Below, piece after piece: positions 14,013-25,300 of a stretch of DNA of 64,000 nt. The notes below the pieces were generated by a model. That model was given only the letters and a program-made list of their open reading frames with translations, was not told the origin of the DNA and did no database searches. This stretch comes from Antedon mediterranea (Eukaryota > Animalia > Echinodermata), in NCBI RefSeq assembly GCF_964355755.1, contig NC_092674.1, positions 30,008,001 to 30,072,000 on the forward strand. The letters are read 5' to 3'. The position numbers and the translations under genes were made by a program. Numbering within the stretch: position 1 is the stretch's first letter; each line of letters begins with the position of its first letter.

Positions 14013-15459
14013 CAGTGGTGGCGCCAGCGGGGGGGCTACGGGGGCTCTAGCCCCCTCGTCGGGGAGCCTAGCACCCCCGTCGGGGAACACGGGTACTTTT
14101 TGTCGGGGAATATAATATACAGTAAAAAACGTTCGCGTTCACTTCATATAGCTTCAGCGCCTAGAAAACCACGACGTTCCATTGACCGTGAGAGTACGTC
14201 AGAGGGCTATTATGCACTTTTATGCATTCGTTATTGCCAGAGATCTAACTACTAAACAATAGCTAGTACGCACTTGTTTGGCGGTATCCCTTTGTACGAA
14301 TCGTTCACCGTTGGGTCGAGACGCGTGATATCATGTTCCATCCAGGGACCAAAATGTGTAATGTAGTTATTTTCCAGGCGAAGTTTACCGACGGTTACCG
14401 AAGGGAACACGGGTACTTTTTGTCGGGGAATATAATATACAGTAAAAAACGTTCGCGTTCACTTGGTAGCTTCAGCGCCTAGAAAACCGCGACGTCTCAT
14501 TGACCGACCGTGAGAGTACGTCAGAGTGCTATTATGCAATTTATATGCATTCATTATTGCCAGCGATCTAACTTACTACTAAACACTAGCTAGGTACGCA
14601 CTTGTCTGGCGGTATCCCTTTGTACGAATCGTTCAACGTTGGGTCGTGATATCATGTTCCGTCCAGGGACCAAAATGTGTACTGTAGTTATTTTCCAGGC
14701 GAAGTTTACCGACGGTTACGTCGTGTACTGTGTCGACGACGATACACTACAGCAAAAACGAATTATGTTAATTGTTCGTATGTTCACCAATTTTTTAATT
14801 TACAAGTAACCTTCTGTACCGTGGGGCACCTAAAATAAATATTTCATCTATTACTAAACAAAAAAACATGCCATTTTCGCTTAGCCAACATCTTATTATA
14901 GCTAAGTTATTAAATTTTCAATGTCCTGTATGTCATGAATTTCTCACCACTCGGAAGTCCAGATGGTACGCAGGCATACACTTGGGAGGAATAAACTTAT
15001 TTCCCCGACTGAAAAGGTCTATGCTTGCGTTTTTTAAGCCTCTGGGCCTGATGTTTCCAAAGTATAAAATGCAGCTCTAGTTTTAAACATTTTCTTAGCT
15101 CAGCCCCAACAATAAAGCTGGTCATATTTCGAAGTACAAGAAGTGCATTTTCCGGGACCTAACATCTCTATTTTTCAAACATTTCTTAGCTCAGTCACAA
15201 CCATGATAGGGACTTATATATTTTGTTTCATGTTTTGAAGTATAATAAGTCCAATTTCCAGGACCTCCAACTCTATTTTTCTAAATTTTCTTTGAACTTT
15301 TATATTTTAAATTGAAAAATATGGATTGAAACAGTCATCGCGCACCGTTTTTTTGCACGCAGTATTTTATTTATGCATTATAAAAAATGGAAAAAAATGG
15401 CTACCCTAAATCTGATTAAAATGACCTCAAATAACGCTAGAACGCGTTGCTTCCGGGGG
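14013..15459. mobile_element. hAT-like element retaining only the left end, with an internal 320-bp tandem duplication; sits at the junction of the promoter duplication
   Basis: Starts CAGTGGTGGCGCCAG. Segment gggaacacgggtactttttgtcgggg occurs at 14083 and 14403. Homologous to 2643-3720. Confidence 0.8.
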
Positions 15460-15850
15460 CATCATAACGGGTTTTTATTTATGCTGACACATTGTAACTA
15501 CAATTACCATCCTAAAAAGCTCTGTCTACACTATCTAACTTTTATGTGCAAAAAAAAGTGATGTGCTCATATATGGACATGATGATGTCATATCACTACC
15601 ATATTTAAGCATATCACTGTCATATTTGTGCGCGTCAAATCTTTTTTGTCAAACTAGTTTGATAGTGTAGTGTAGACAGAACTTTGTTCGTAAATTTTAC
15701 GTTTTACAACATAATTCACAACTTTCACACTAACATCAGATCATGTGCAGCAAAAACATGACACAAACTTGCGCGGCACAATGTAAACGTCTTTCATAAT
15801 CTAATACAGTAATTGTTAAATAGGATATTTAAACAAAATGAAAGACATAC

Positions 15851-15978
15851 CTTTCCATTAGAACAGAATCTTTACTTGTGGTAGGCCCACTTTGTGATGA
15901 TGCCTCCAAATCATTACGACGGCTAGCCGTGTTATCTTTATCCACATCGACTGGACGTACATTTGATTTTTTCGTCAT
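15851..15978 (-). CDS. Duplicate, intact alternative first coding exon of DEG/ENaC paralog B (MTKKSNVRPVDVDKDNTASRRNDLEASSQSGPTTSKDSVLME)
   Basis: 128 nt with 9 substitutions relative to 13349-13476. ATG, open frame and phase-2 GT donor (AG|GTATGT) are retained, and it is in frame with exon 11225-11494. An upstream TATATAAG is present in both copies. Confidence 0.7.
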
Positions 15979-17639
15979 TCTCGAGTTTATTTTAGCAGTG
16001 ATTGAAAAAGAGGTAATTATCCAGCCGCATCGCTTGTGATTTAAAGAAGCTGCAACCAGAAACTGATTACTTATATACTTATTTGTACTGTATTGATTAT
16101 GTGATTAATATTGAATACAACGCTTATTAAAAGTTATTACTTTTCTTACAAACAAAGTCAGCCATGCCAAATAAATTACATGACAGTAGGCCCTACAGCA
16201 TCATGAGAAATACAATTCTCTGTTTATAAAGTCAGCCATGCAAAATAAAGCAGGCCTACTCCTAGAGTACATCATGAGCTATTAGAAAATGCTCTGTTTA
16301 TAAAGATATCAAAAGTAACAGTCTCGTCTAATTACATTTTTATACATTTTCATGAAGACGTCTTCGGGGGACATTTCTTTGATTTTACAAGGATGATTAA
16401 AGAATAATCTGCAGGGCAATATAAAGCTCTGTAGGCCTACACTATCTTTACTATCCTTTAATCTGTATGTATTATATATAGGGCTAGGCCTATTCTAGCT
16501 TTTAACGCATGTTTGTGTATTTGCTGTAATCTTCTGAATTCATTATAGATCTTTTTAAAATTTGTCATGCCATTTTTAAATGTATTTCTATTTTATTTTA
16601 CTTATATATGGACAATACAATAATATCAGTATCAATATCAGTAACGTGTGACAAAAAAGTGATGTGTAGGCCTATATAATATGGATACGATGATAACACT
16701 ACCAACCATATTTGGGAACATCGCACTTTTTTATCAATTGTTTAATAGTGTAGACTAGACACAGAGCTTAAAGGGCTGTTTTGGGAATGCACATAGGAGG
16801 AGATTGAACTCCTTTGAGGCTTTTAATAGGCTATACGTTTCTGCAAATGAAATGAAAAATTAAAATTGATGCAGTTTCAATGAGAAGACGAGGAAAAAAC
16901 TTAGGGTGTAAATAACGACGATCAATATAGCGAAGGTTATTTTATCTCAGTATTTACTTCTAAAACATTGCATCCATCAACAGCACAAGTAGTCCTAGGT
17001 ACGTAATATTATTGGTTTCTCCTTATGACAGTCACGCGAACTGTTAATTTGCATATTGATGACAGCTTTTCATATTACAGTCAATTATAATCTTCAGTCA
17101 CGAAACCATCAGTTATTTGATTTGTCTTATGTCCTTATATACAGTTTTTGACGATCTTAACGAAAAATTAATTGTGTGTCGGCCGTTTTAAAATAAATAT
17201 CGATTTCTTAATTAACGATCTTTATTCAAATCATTTTGTTTTCATTGTTATTTTAAATATACTGGGTGACTGCTACATTACCCATATCTACCACATACAT
17301 TGATATAATAAACATACGGACCATTTGATTTATTAATATGTAGGCCTACCATCAATGAAAACAATCCAAAAATTATAATAAAGGAAGTCACTGACCAATT
17401 GAAGTTCAACTCTTAAGGTTACGGTCTATAAAATAATAATAATAATACAATTTAGCCTACTAATTTGATTATATATAGCTCCATTGTTAGTTATTTTCAA
17501 TTAAAAACCATTAGAAATCACTCTTATATCGACAGTTTTAACTCACTACTGCATCTTTATTATCAATAAAGGTAAGCATCACTAAAGGTAAGTCTATTTT
17601 GACATAAAAATAAATGGAACGGTCCGATAATCCATCACA

Positions 17640-17700
17640 ACACTGCGCAGAAGCACAGAGCGCGTATTCTTGAAATATTAACATGGCGTGTTGTTATTAG
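17640..17700 (+). promoter_or_regulatory. Putative BRCA2 core promoter with CDE/CHR-like element and YY1-like motif
   Basis: GCGCG-tatt-CTTGAA at 17660-17674 has CDE, 4-nt spacer, CHR-variant geometry. AACATGGCG at 17680-17688. Locally CpG-richer, about 1.7 kb upstream of the first coding exon. Motif-based inference only. Confidence 0.45.
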
Positions 17701-17809
17701 AATTACGGACACGAGCTCACAATTTAAAGTAGGCTTGTGGTTTTTTTAAATAAAGTACATCATTAATCAGTTCTACTCAGACATGGGTTAAAAAGAAGGT
17801 AGAGTATAT

Positions 17810-18685
17810 GGCGCTAGTTCCGTTTCGCACCTGTTTTTATTTCGACTTCCTTTTGACCTTAAATTGTTAAGCAACTTATTGTAAATACCACACCTTAAAA
17901 TTGGGCCTCATAAGTACTTTTATGAAGAAGAATCACATAAAAAGTAACAAATAAATCCTTAAATTGATGATTTTACAGACATGTTTCTCGCATACCGTTC
18001 GCCGCGAATTTAGCATACTCGAAGTTCAATATTTTCGTTTCTATGGAGCGCCAAAAGAGCAACAACAATAGATGGTTAAAACCTCAGTGGAATGCGTCTT
18101 CTTTTAATGCATTTATTATTGAAATACACGTTTAATTTTAATATATTTTGTCAATAAAAATGCTGTAACATTTTACTGCTAATAATTTGCTGTTTTCAAA
18201 TAGCAACCAACCCTAGAGTAAGACTAAGACTAAGAGGCATATTAATTATTATTTAGATTAAGGTATACCCCTACAGTACATGTAATATGATGATGAATTT
18301 GTCGATTTTCATTCCTAAGAGCTCCTGCAAAAACCATGTACAGTATCAACAGTAATATTTTTGTTGCATTGACATTGACAAAATATGATAAAATTGAACG
18401 TAATTTTCCCCAATTTACTGAGTTTTTAGCCCTCTATTATGATTGCTCTTTTGGCGCTCCATAGAAACAACAACATTGAACATGGAGTATGCGAAATTCA
18501 CGAACCGATGTGCGAGAAACACGTCTGTAAATTCATCAATTTAAAGGATTTATTTTTTACTTTTTGTGTGATCTCCTTCGTAAAAGTATTTTTGAGGCCT
18601 AGATCTAAGGTGTGGTACTCACGATAAAGTTAATTAACCAATTTTGAGTCGAAATAAACGACAGGTGCGAAACGGAACTAGCGCC
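17810..18685. mobile_element. Long-TIR (foldback-type) MITE, Merlin- or Mutator-like
   Basis: Termini GGCGCTAGTTCCGTTTCGCACCTGT...ACAGGTGCGAAACGGAACTAGCGCC, with imperfect inverted arms of about 250 bp and 8-bp TSD GAGTATAT (17802-17809, 18686-18693). Confidence 0.88.
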
Positions 18686-19353
18686 GAGTATATATTCACA
18701 CATACAATAAGACTGTAAATAGACACGTTTGATGTTCACAGCCAATCAACCAACCCGAGGCCTAGCTAGCACAACAAAACAGCTATCAGCAGGGACTACC
18801 ATACATAGTCTCTAGCTCTACTCCCCCTAGACTAGGCCTAGCAACTAACTCACTCGCTCCGAAGTAGGCCCAAGTATGTAGTTAATTTACAATGGAATAG
18901 CCTACTATACAGTACAACAAGTACATTATTCGTGGATATTATTATTAGTATTATTTACTAGGCCTATAGTTATACTTATATGTTATTATTCAAAATCATA
19001 AATATATTATTTATATAAATAGCCTAGGCCTTTAGCCTCTATATTAGTACTAGCTGGATTGGGCCCTTATTTATTTATAATAATAATAATAGAAAATACT
19101 AAGAAGTAAATAAGTAGGCATATAAATAACTGTATACGAGACTGTGCCATGCAGTGCCCATGTGTTTTGATGTGTGACCTACTGTTATTAATATTATGGT
19201 TTGAAATAGTTAGTAGTACTGGCTAATAATACTTTAATAGTAATAATGGAAATTAACAAGAACTATAATAATAGGCCATAGACAAGACTTTCTCAGATTT
19301 TTGTTCAAAGACTTATTATTTTTATTTAATTTAGACCACAGGACAAAAATGTG

Positions 19354-22300
19354 ATGAACACTATGGATTATAGACACAAGTTTTCAAAGAAAATTTGCTG
19401 TTCTGGAAGATCGCTACCTAATGCAGTGTGTAAGCAAGATGCAAAGCCATCACCAATTGTGAGCAGTTTATTAGGAATCTACAAAGAAAAATGCAAAGAC
19501 GATCTTGGAGCCGTCAACGTTGAATGGTTCTCTTCAGCTCCATGGAACTATGATGCTGTGTCTCATATCGATAGCACAAAGATTAAGAATGATGTTTCTG
19601 TGTCTCATTTTAGCAGAAAACAAAGAGAAGACACCCAATGTACGCTGTCCAGTGAAAACAGAAGTAAAGACATTATTAAACACAGTGAGCATATGTCATG
19701 TTTGGTTGTTCCACCAGGAAAATGCTTACCGTGTCTGGTAAACGGAAAGACTGGCCCTCAGAATTCTATTGAAGAGAAAAACATCTCGTCTGAGCTGGTC
19801 AGAGTTACAGATGTTCAGGGTGATGAGGTTCATATGGACAGAGAAGGAACAGATGTAGTCAACGATTCATTAGTAGACGTAGAAAGAATGTGTGATGGTG
19901 AGGATAAAAAGGAAGAATTTGAATTCAAAACTCCTAGAAGAAAACCGTGTGTTGACAAATCAAAACAGGTATGTTTTGATAATACATTTTTTTACTTGAA
20001 TTATTTTTATATTAATTTAAGCATATTTTGTCATGAAAAAGAAATGCTGACCTTTGACAGGATTTCAACCAAGGACCTCAGTAACCGAAATGAATTCTGC
20101 ATTTTTTTTTTGTGAAACGTATATAAAAACTTTGTTGTATTTGTATATTTTTAAAGCTGTATTCAACTCCTGTCTTTCCATCACCATCAAGCAATGTATC
20201 TACACCTTCATTGTTCAGTCAAGATGAGCAGATTATTTCTAAGTACAAGCATTGGAATATTTCACCCTACAAGAGACTCAATAGTAAGTCATCCTTCTTT
20301 TAAACTAGTACATTGATTTTATTGTTATAATGATATATAATTTTTTAAAACATACATTACACATTTCAAAATACTGGTAGTGTAGTTGTTTATTTCCCAT
20401 CTTTTCTACTAAGACCACACTCACAAATATTAAGACCACACTCACAAATATTAATAAACTAATTTTGTATGACTATACCTAATTAATATTATTCAAAGTA
20501 CAGTATATTTATTCATTTAACAATTATTAAAATCATACAATGTAGTAAAGTTTGTACAGAAATATATATACTAGTATATAAAGTAGAGGACCTTTTGGTG
20601 AATGCTTTAGGTAATGAAAGTTCAATGACATTAACTAAAAACAAAATATTCATTTTCAGCGTTAAGCCCAGCCACACCTGGAAGTCACTATCAAGCATCA
20701 ACATCTAATCTTGTAACCCCCTCATCTTATACTCCTTGCCATTCTACGTTAATCCTAAAACAGTTATCACCATTCGCTCCCTCTCAGTCTTTCTGCCATA
20801 ATGAGTCTTTCTCTACATGTGGTGATACACCAAAGTTCATGGAGGAACTCCTCATGGATGAAAAGTCTGAGACTAAAATGTCATCACGTTTAGAAGAATC
20901 CCTTGCATCGTCGAACAAGGTTTGTTACCGTTACTTGCATTACTTAAGCTCTGTCTACACTATCAACAAAGAATGTTACCATATACTGTATGGACACTAT
21001 GTTTGATATTGTGAACAGAGCTTAACTCTTCAAGCAAAGCGTATGAGCCCCTTGTTTATATGCTCTCAAAATTTCCTTAAAATTAATTCAAAATTTTTCA
21101 TGCGCTTTTGCTAGCTGTAATTTAAACTTGTTTCTAATTGTAATTACCAAATTTAGGGGAGAAAAGAGATTTTGTGAATGCATGAAAAAGGATTTCTTGC
21201 AAAAAAAATATTCTGGTTCAATGGCCTTGTGTAACAGAATCGGTGATATTATGACAAAACATTCTTCTGGGAGAACCTCAAAGCCATGTAATTCATTGTA
21301 ATCCACATTTCTTTACAGTCAAGGTACATCTTCAATTGTTATTAATTCAAAACTTAACTTAACTTTATATTTTTCAGCTGATTCCAGTGAGTCTTGGGAT
21401 AGACCATGACGCAAATATCTCATGGACCAGCTCCCTTGCAACACCACCTATGACCAGCTCCCTTGCAACACCACCTATTACCAGCTCCCTTGCAACACCA
21501 CCTATTAAATCATCTACAACCTCTACAAAAACTAGCGCTTGGCACCCAAGGGAATCAACAGAAAAACAATCTGGAGTAAGATCATAATATATTTATAAGT
21601 CAGATGTTTTGCCCTACTCTGACGTAATTTGTACTTTATACTATGGGACTCGAATCCCACGACCTCCAGATTACTATCCTGGCGTTTATATCTAGACCAC
21701 TGAGCTTGTACTGATGGCTATAGGGGTTAGATTCGAGCCCAAGTAAGCAGCGCGTACTGCGCCAACAGGGTTGTAATTGTATTTAACTACTGTGGAGTGG
21801 ATATTTTTAGATATTGTCCCTTCGTTTTATGTCCCAGGCAGACCCAACTCAAGATTCTATATCTTTCTGTGATCCTGCCTTCTTCATTTTTTTATTTTCT
21901 CAAATTTCGATTTATAGTTAATTTTATATATATACCAATTTTTTCTCATCTCTCAGATAATAGCTAGAGCACTGTTCAACAACAGTAATGTCGATACCTG
22001 GGAAGTCGACAGCCATAATGCTACTGACATGCTTGATCTGGCAAAGACCTCATCAGATGAAGAAGAAAGAGAAATGACTGTAGAAACGGAAATGTTAGAT
22101 GCTACATTACAACAACAAGCAGAAGGAGCTACCGTTAATTTGTTATTAAATAGAACACGATTGGAGGGATCTTTGAATAAGGATATATGTGACCAAACCA
22201 AGTGTGATCTAGTCCTTCAGTCTGCAAAATATGAACAGAAAACTGCAATATCCAAACCATTAGTTCCAGAAGCTTGTGATAAACTAAAAAATAATGAATT

Positions 22301-25300
22301 GAAAGATATCAACATTGTTGATAGCAAAAACAGATTTCAAACAATGAACAAAGTTGACGATCGAATTGATTCAGAAGCAAAAGTACAAAAACCTTCTCCA
22401 ATCAAGACATCTTTATCGCAAGTAATTGTCAATGAAATATTAACAAAATATTCTCCTGAAGATGGCTCAAATATTGCAGATACGCTTGCATTCCTTCTTG
22501 ATACACCTCCTGAAAGAAGACAGAAATTTTCTAAAAAGAAACCACCACCAAAGAAATCATCTTCCAAACGTAGGAGTAAGCGAAAAAGAAAGACATCGAA
22601 AAAGAATGAAGATGATTCTGTTACAGACATTCTTGATAGCAATTCAGAAGATAAATATATTATACAAGACGATTTTAAAACGATATCTCCAAAGTTGTCT
22701 CGTAATCCTTCAGTGGAAAATCACAAACAAAAAAACACTCACCTTGTTCCAGAGTCTCTACCAGATAACAACAAAGATAAACTTATTCTCGAACTAACTG
22801 CAACTACTAAAGTAAAACCTTTATTTCACAACAAACTCAATGGTGCTATTGTCACAACTCCTTCAAGTCAAGTGGATCCATTTTCTCAAATATCGCCATC
22901 ATTTATTGATACACTGTGTAAGGTTACAGACGACGCTTCTGTAACTTCAGATGTTGCTAAAGGAGAAAAAAATGGATTCCTTGTAAATAAATATGCTTTT
23001 AAAAATGAAGATAAATGCTGCTCACAAGATAATATGTGCAATATGTTGACCAACGGTGCTGTTTTTGATAGAAATAACAAACAAATTGATCATTCCTGCC
23101 AACAACCATTCCTATATCTGAAGACTGATTCAAAAACTGAAGCTTGCAATATGACGAACATTGATGCTGGATATGAAAATAATAGCAACGGGTATTCTGT
23201 GTCCATATCAAAAAAGAATTCATCAAGATTTATATATTCTTCAGATTCACTTCCAGTTTCACCAAGAATTAACAATTTATTCAACCATGTGTTGACTAAC
23301 AAATCTTCCTTTACATATTCTACTAAAGGAGCTAAGCAACCATCTCCTAAAAAGTTTAAATGGATGGAAAGCGCTACAATAGTCAAAGAAGATAGTGATA
23401 ATGAGGACGATAATACTATTAAGGAGGTGCCAACTAAGGAGAATGAGAAATCAACAACAACATTTCAAATTAATCTACGCCGTCCTGTTAAAAAAGGTGC
23501 GACATTACAAATTTGCTTATTTTCTTTATTTATTTTTTAACCTTAAAATTAAAGATGTATTGTCCTCCAAAATCATGAAAAATAAAGATTTTTTAAATCG
23601 GACTTTGAATAGCCCATTTTGCAGTTTTAATGAAGTTGTTCACTTCCATAAGAAAAAAAATGGGGGAAAAAAATTATTTCACCTATAAACAGTTAAATTA
23701 CCCAGACAATTTGACCATTTTTTGCTTTAAATTACATTTTTCTTAGATAAATAAATTTTTTTCAGACCCAATTTTTTGTGAGAGTGAATAACTATTATGT
23801 GACATTAAAATAACATATTCAACAAAAAAATTTAAAAAAAATATTTTTTTAGGGGGACAATATATCTTTAACAAATTAATGTAATATAATGTAAAAGTAT
23901 AACATTTCACCAATAGTTCAATTACATTTTTTTTATTTTCTGCAGATTTCCTAACCTTTTCCACATTTTTTGATGAAGATGAAAATTCCAAAAAGTCTGT
24001 TGTTGAACATGAAAGAACAACAGTCAGTAGGAAGCCAATACATTTGCCAAGAACACATGGGATGTATGAACTTAAGGTAGAAGACATGCCAACAGATTAC
24101 ATTAATAAGAACATTCCAAATAGAAAAAACAATACAAAGGTTGAAAGTTTCAGCAGAAAATCATTGGATGTCATGTTAACACCTTGTTTAGTAAAAACTG
24201 CAAAACAAAATGATGAACAATGCCCATCAACTTCAAAACAATGTATGGCAGCTTCCTCAAGGGATGCTGTGACACAAGTTCATTTAGATAACTTTGATGA
24301 TGAGTTTGTGACAGCGACACAAGCTCAAAAAGAAATCGCTGCTGCTGATGAAGCTGAAATGGTGTATGCATTCATGCAAGAAGAGGAGGTAGATTGCCTG
24401 ATAGAAGAAGTTAGCTTGTCAGGAGTTGATAACAACCTCAATGGTCCAAGTAAAGTTAATTTTCCGTCAGACAGTAACATTTCAGAAATTACAAATGCTA
24501 GACCTTGTATGAGAGAATTTCAAAGAGGAAACAATGATGTAATGCTGGACCTTCCAGATGAAGAAGCAACTGTTGCAATGCAAACTTTAAATTTAAATAA
24601 AAAAGAGAATTTAGCTAGTGACTTTCATAGTTTGGAAACTAGAGAAGAAAACTTTTCAAAAACAAAGTTGAAAGTTGATGTTGAAGATCATAAAGATCAA
24701 CTAGTTCCTAGCTCTGCCTGTACTGATATCGATGAAGCAGCAACATCTTTTGTTGGGTTCATAACTGGAGCAGGAAAGAAAGTAAACATTTCTGAAGATG
24801 CTTTGTGCAAAGTTAAGGAAAAGTTTGACGATGTGGATGAATTATCAAATGAATTCTTCAAGACAGAAAACAGTTCAAAGGTTATTCCACTCCAGCCTAA
24901 AAAGACATCTTTTGGTGGGTTTATGACTGGAGCAGGAAAGAAAGTAAACATTTCTGAAGATGCTTTCTGCAAAGTTAAGGAAAGGTTTGATGATGTGAAC
25001 GAATTATCAAATGAATTTAAGACAGAAAACAGTTCAAAGGTAAATCCACTTCAGCCTAAAAAGACAACATCTTTTGGAGGGTTTATAACTGGAGCAGGAA
25101 AGAAAGTAAACATTTCTGAAGATTCTTTAAGGAAAGTAAAGGACATATTTGATGACAATTTTACAGATGATCGATTGGAAGAAAGTATAGTAGTGTCTAA
25201 TAACACAGCTCATGCATCAAACCAAAGAGAGATGCCTTCTGGCAGACCAGACAGAGAGAAGCCTTTTGTTGGATTTATGACTGGACAACGAAATAAAGTT

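Larger units (their letters stand above)
12971..16768. repeat. Local tandem duplication of DEG/ENaC-B promoter and exon 1 (copy 1 about 12971-14012, copy 2 about 15460-16768)
   Basis: Colinear similarity runs from catcaaaacgggtttttatttatgctgacac through a MITE, intron, exon 1, promoter and a second MITE. A hAT-like fragment separates the two copies. Confidence 0.9.

Noticed and set aside
14868-15561. Short ORFs within the hAT-like element as a possible transposase
   Set aside because: No recognisable transposase motifs. No autonomous transposon was found anywhere in the window.
21643-21706. Possible functional tRNA-Thr gene
   Set aside because: No acceptor stem and a disrupted D arm, so it is treated as a SINE-like relic.
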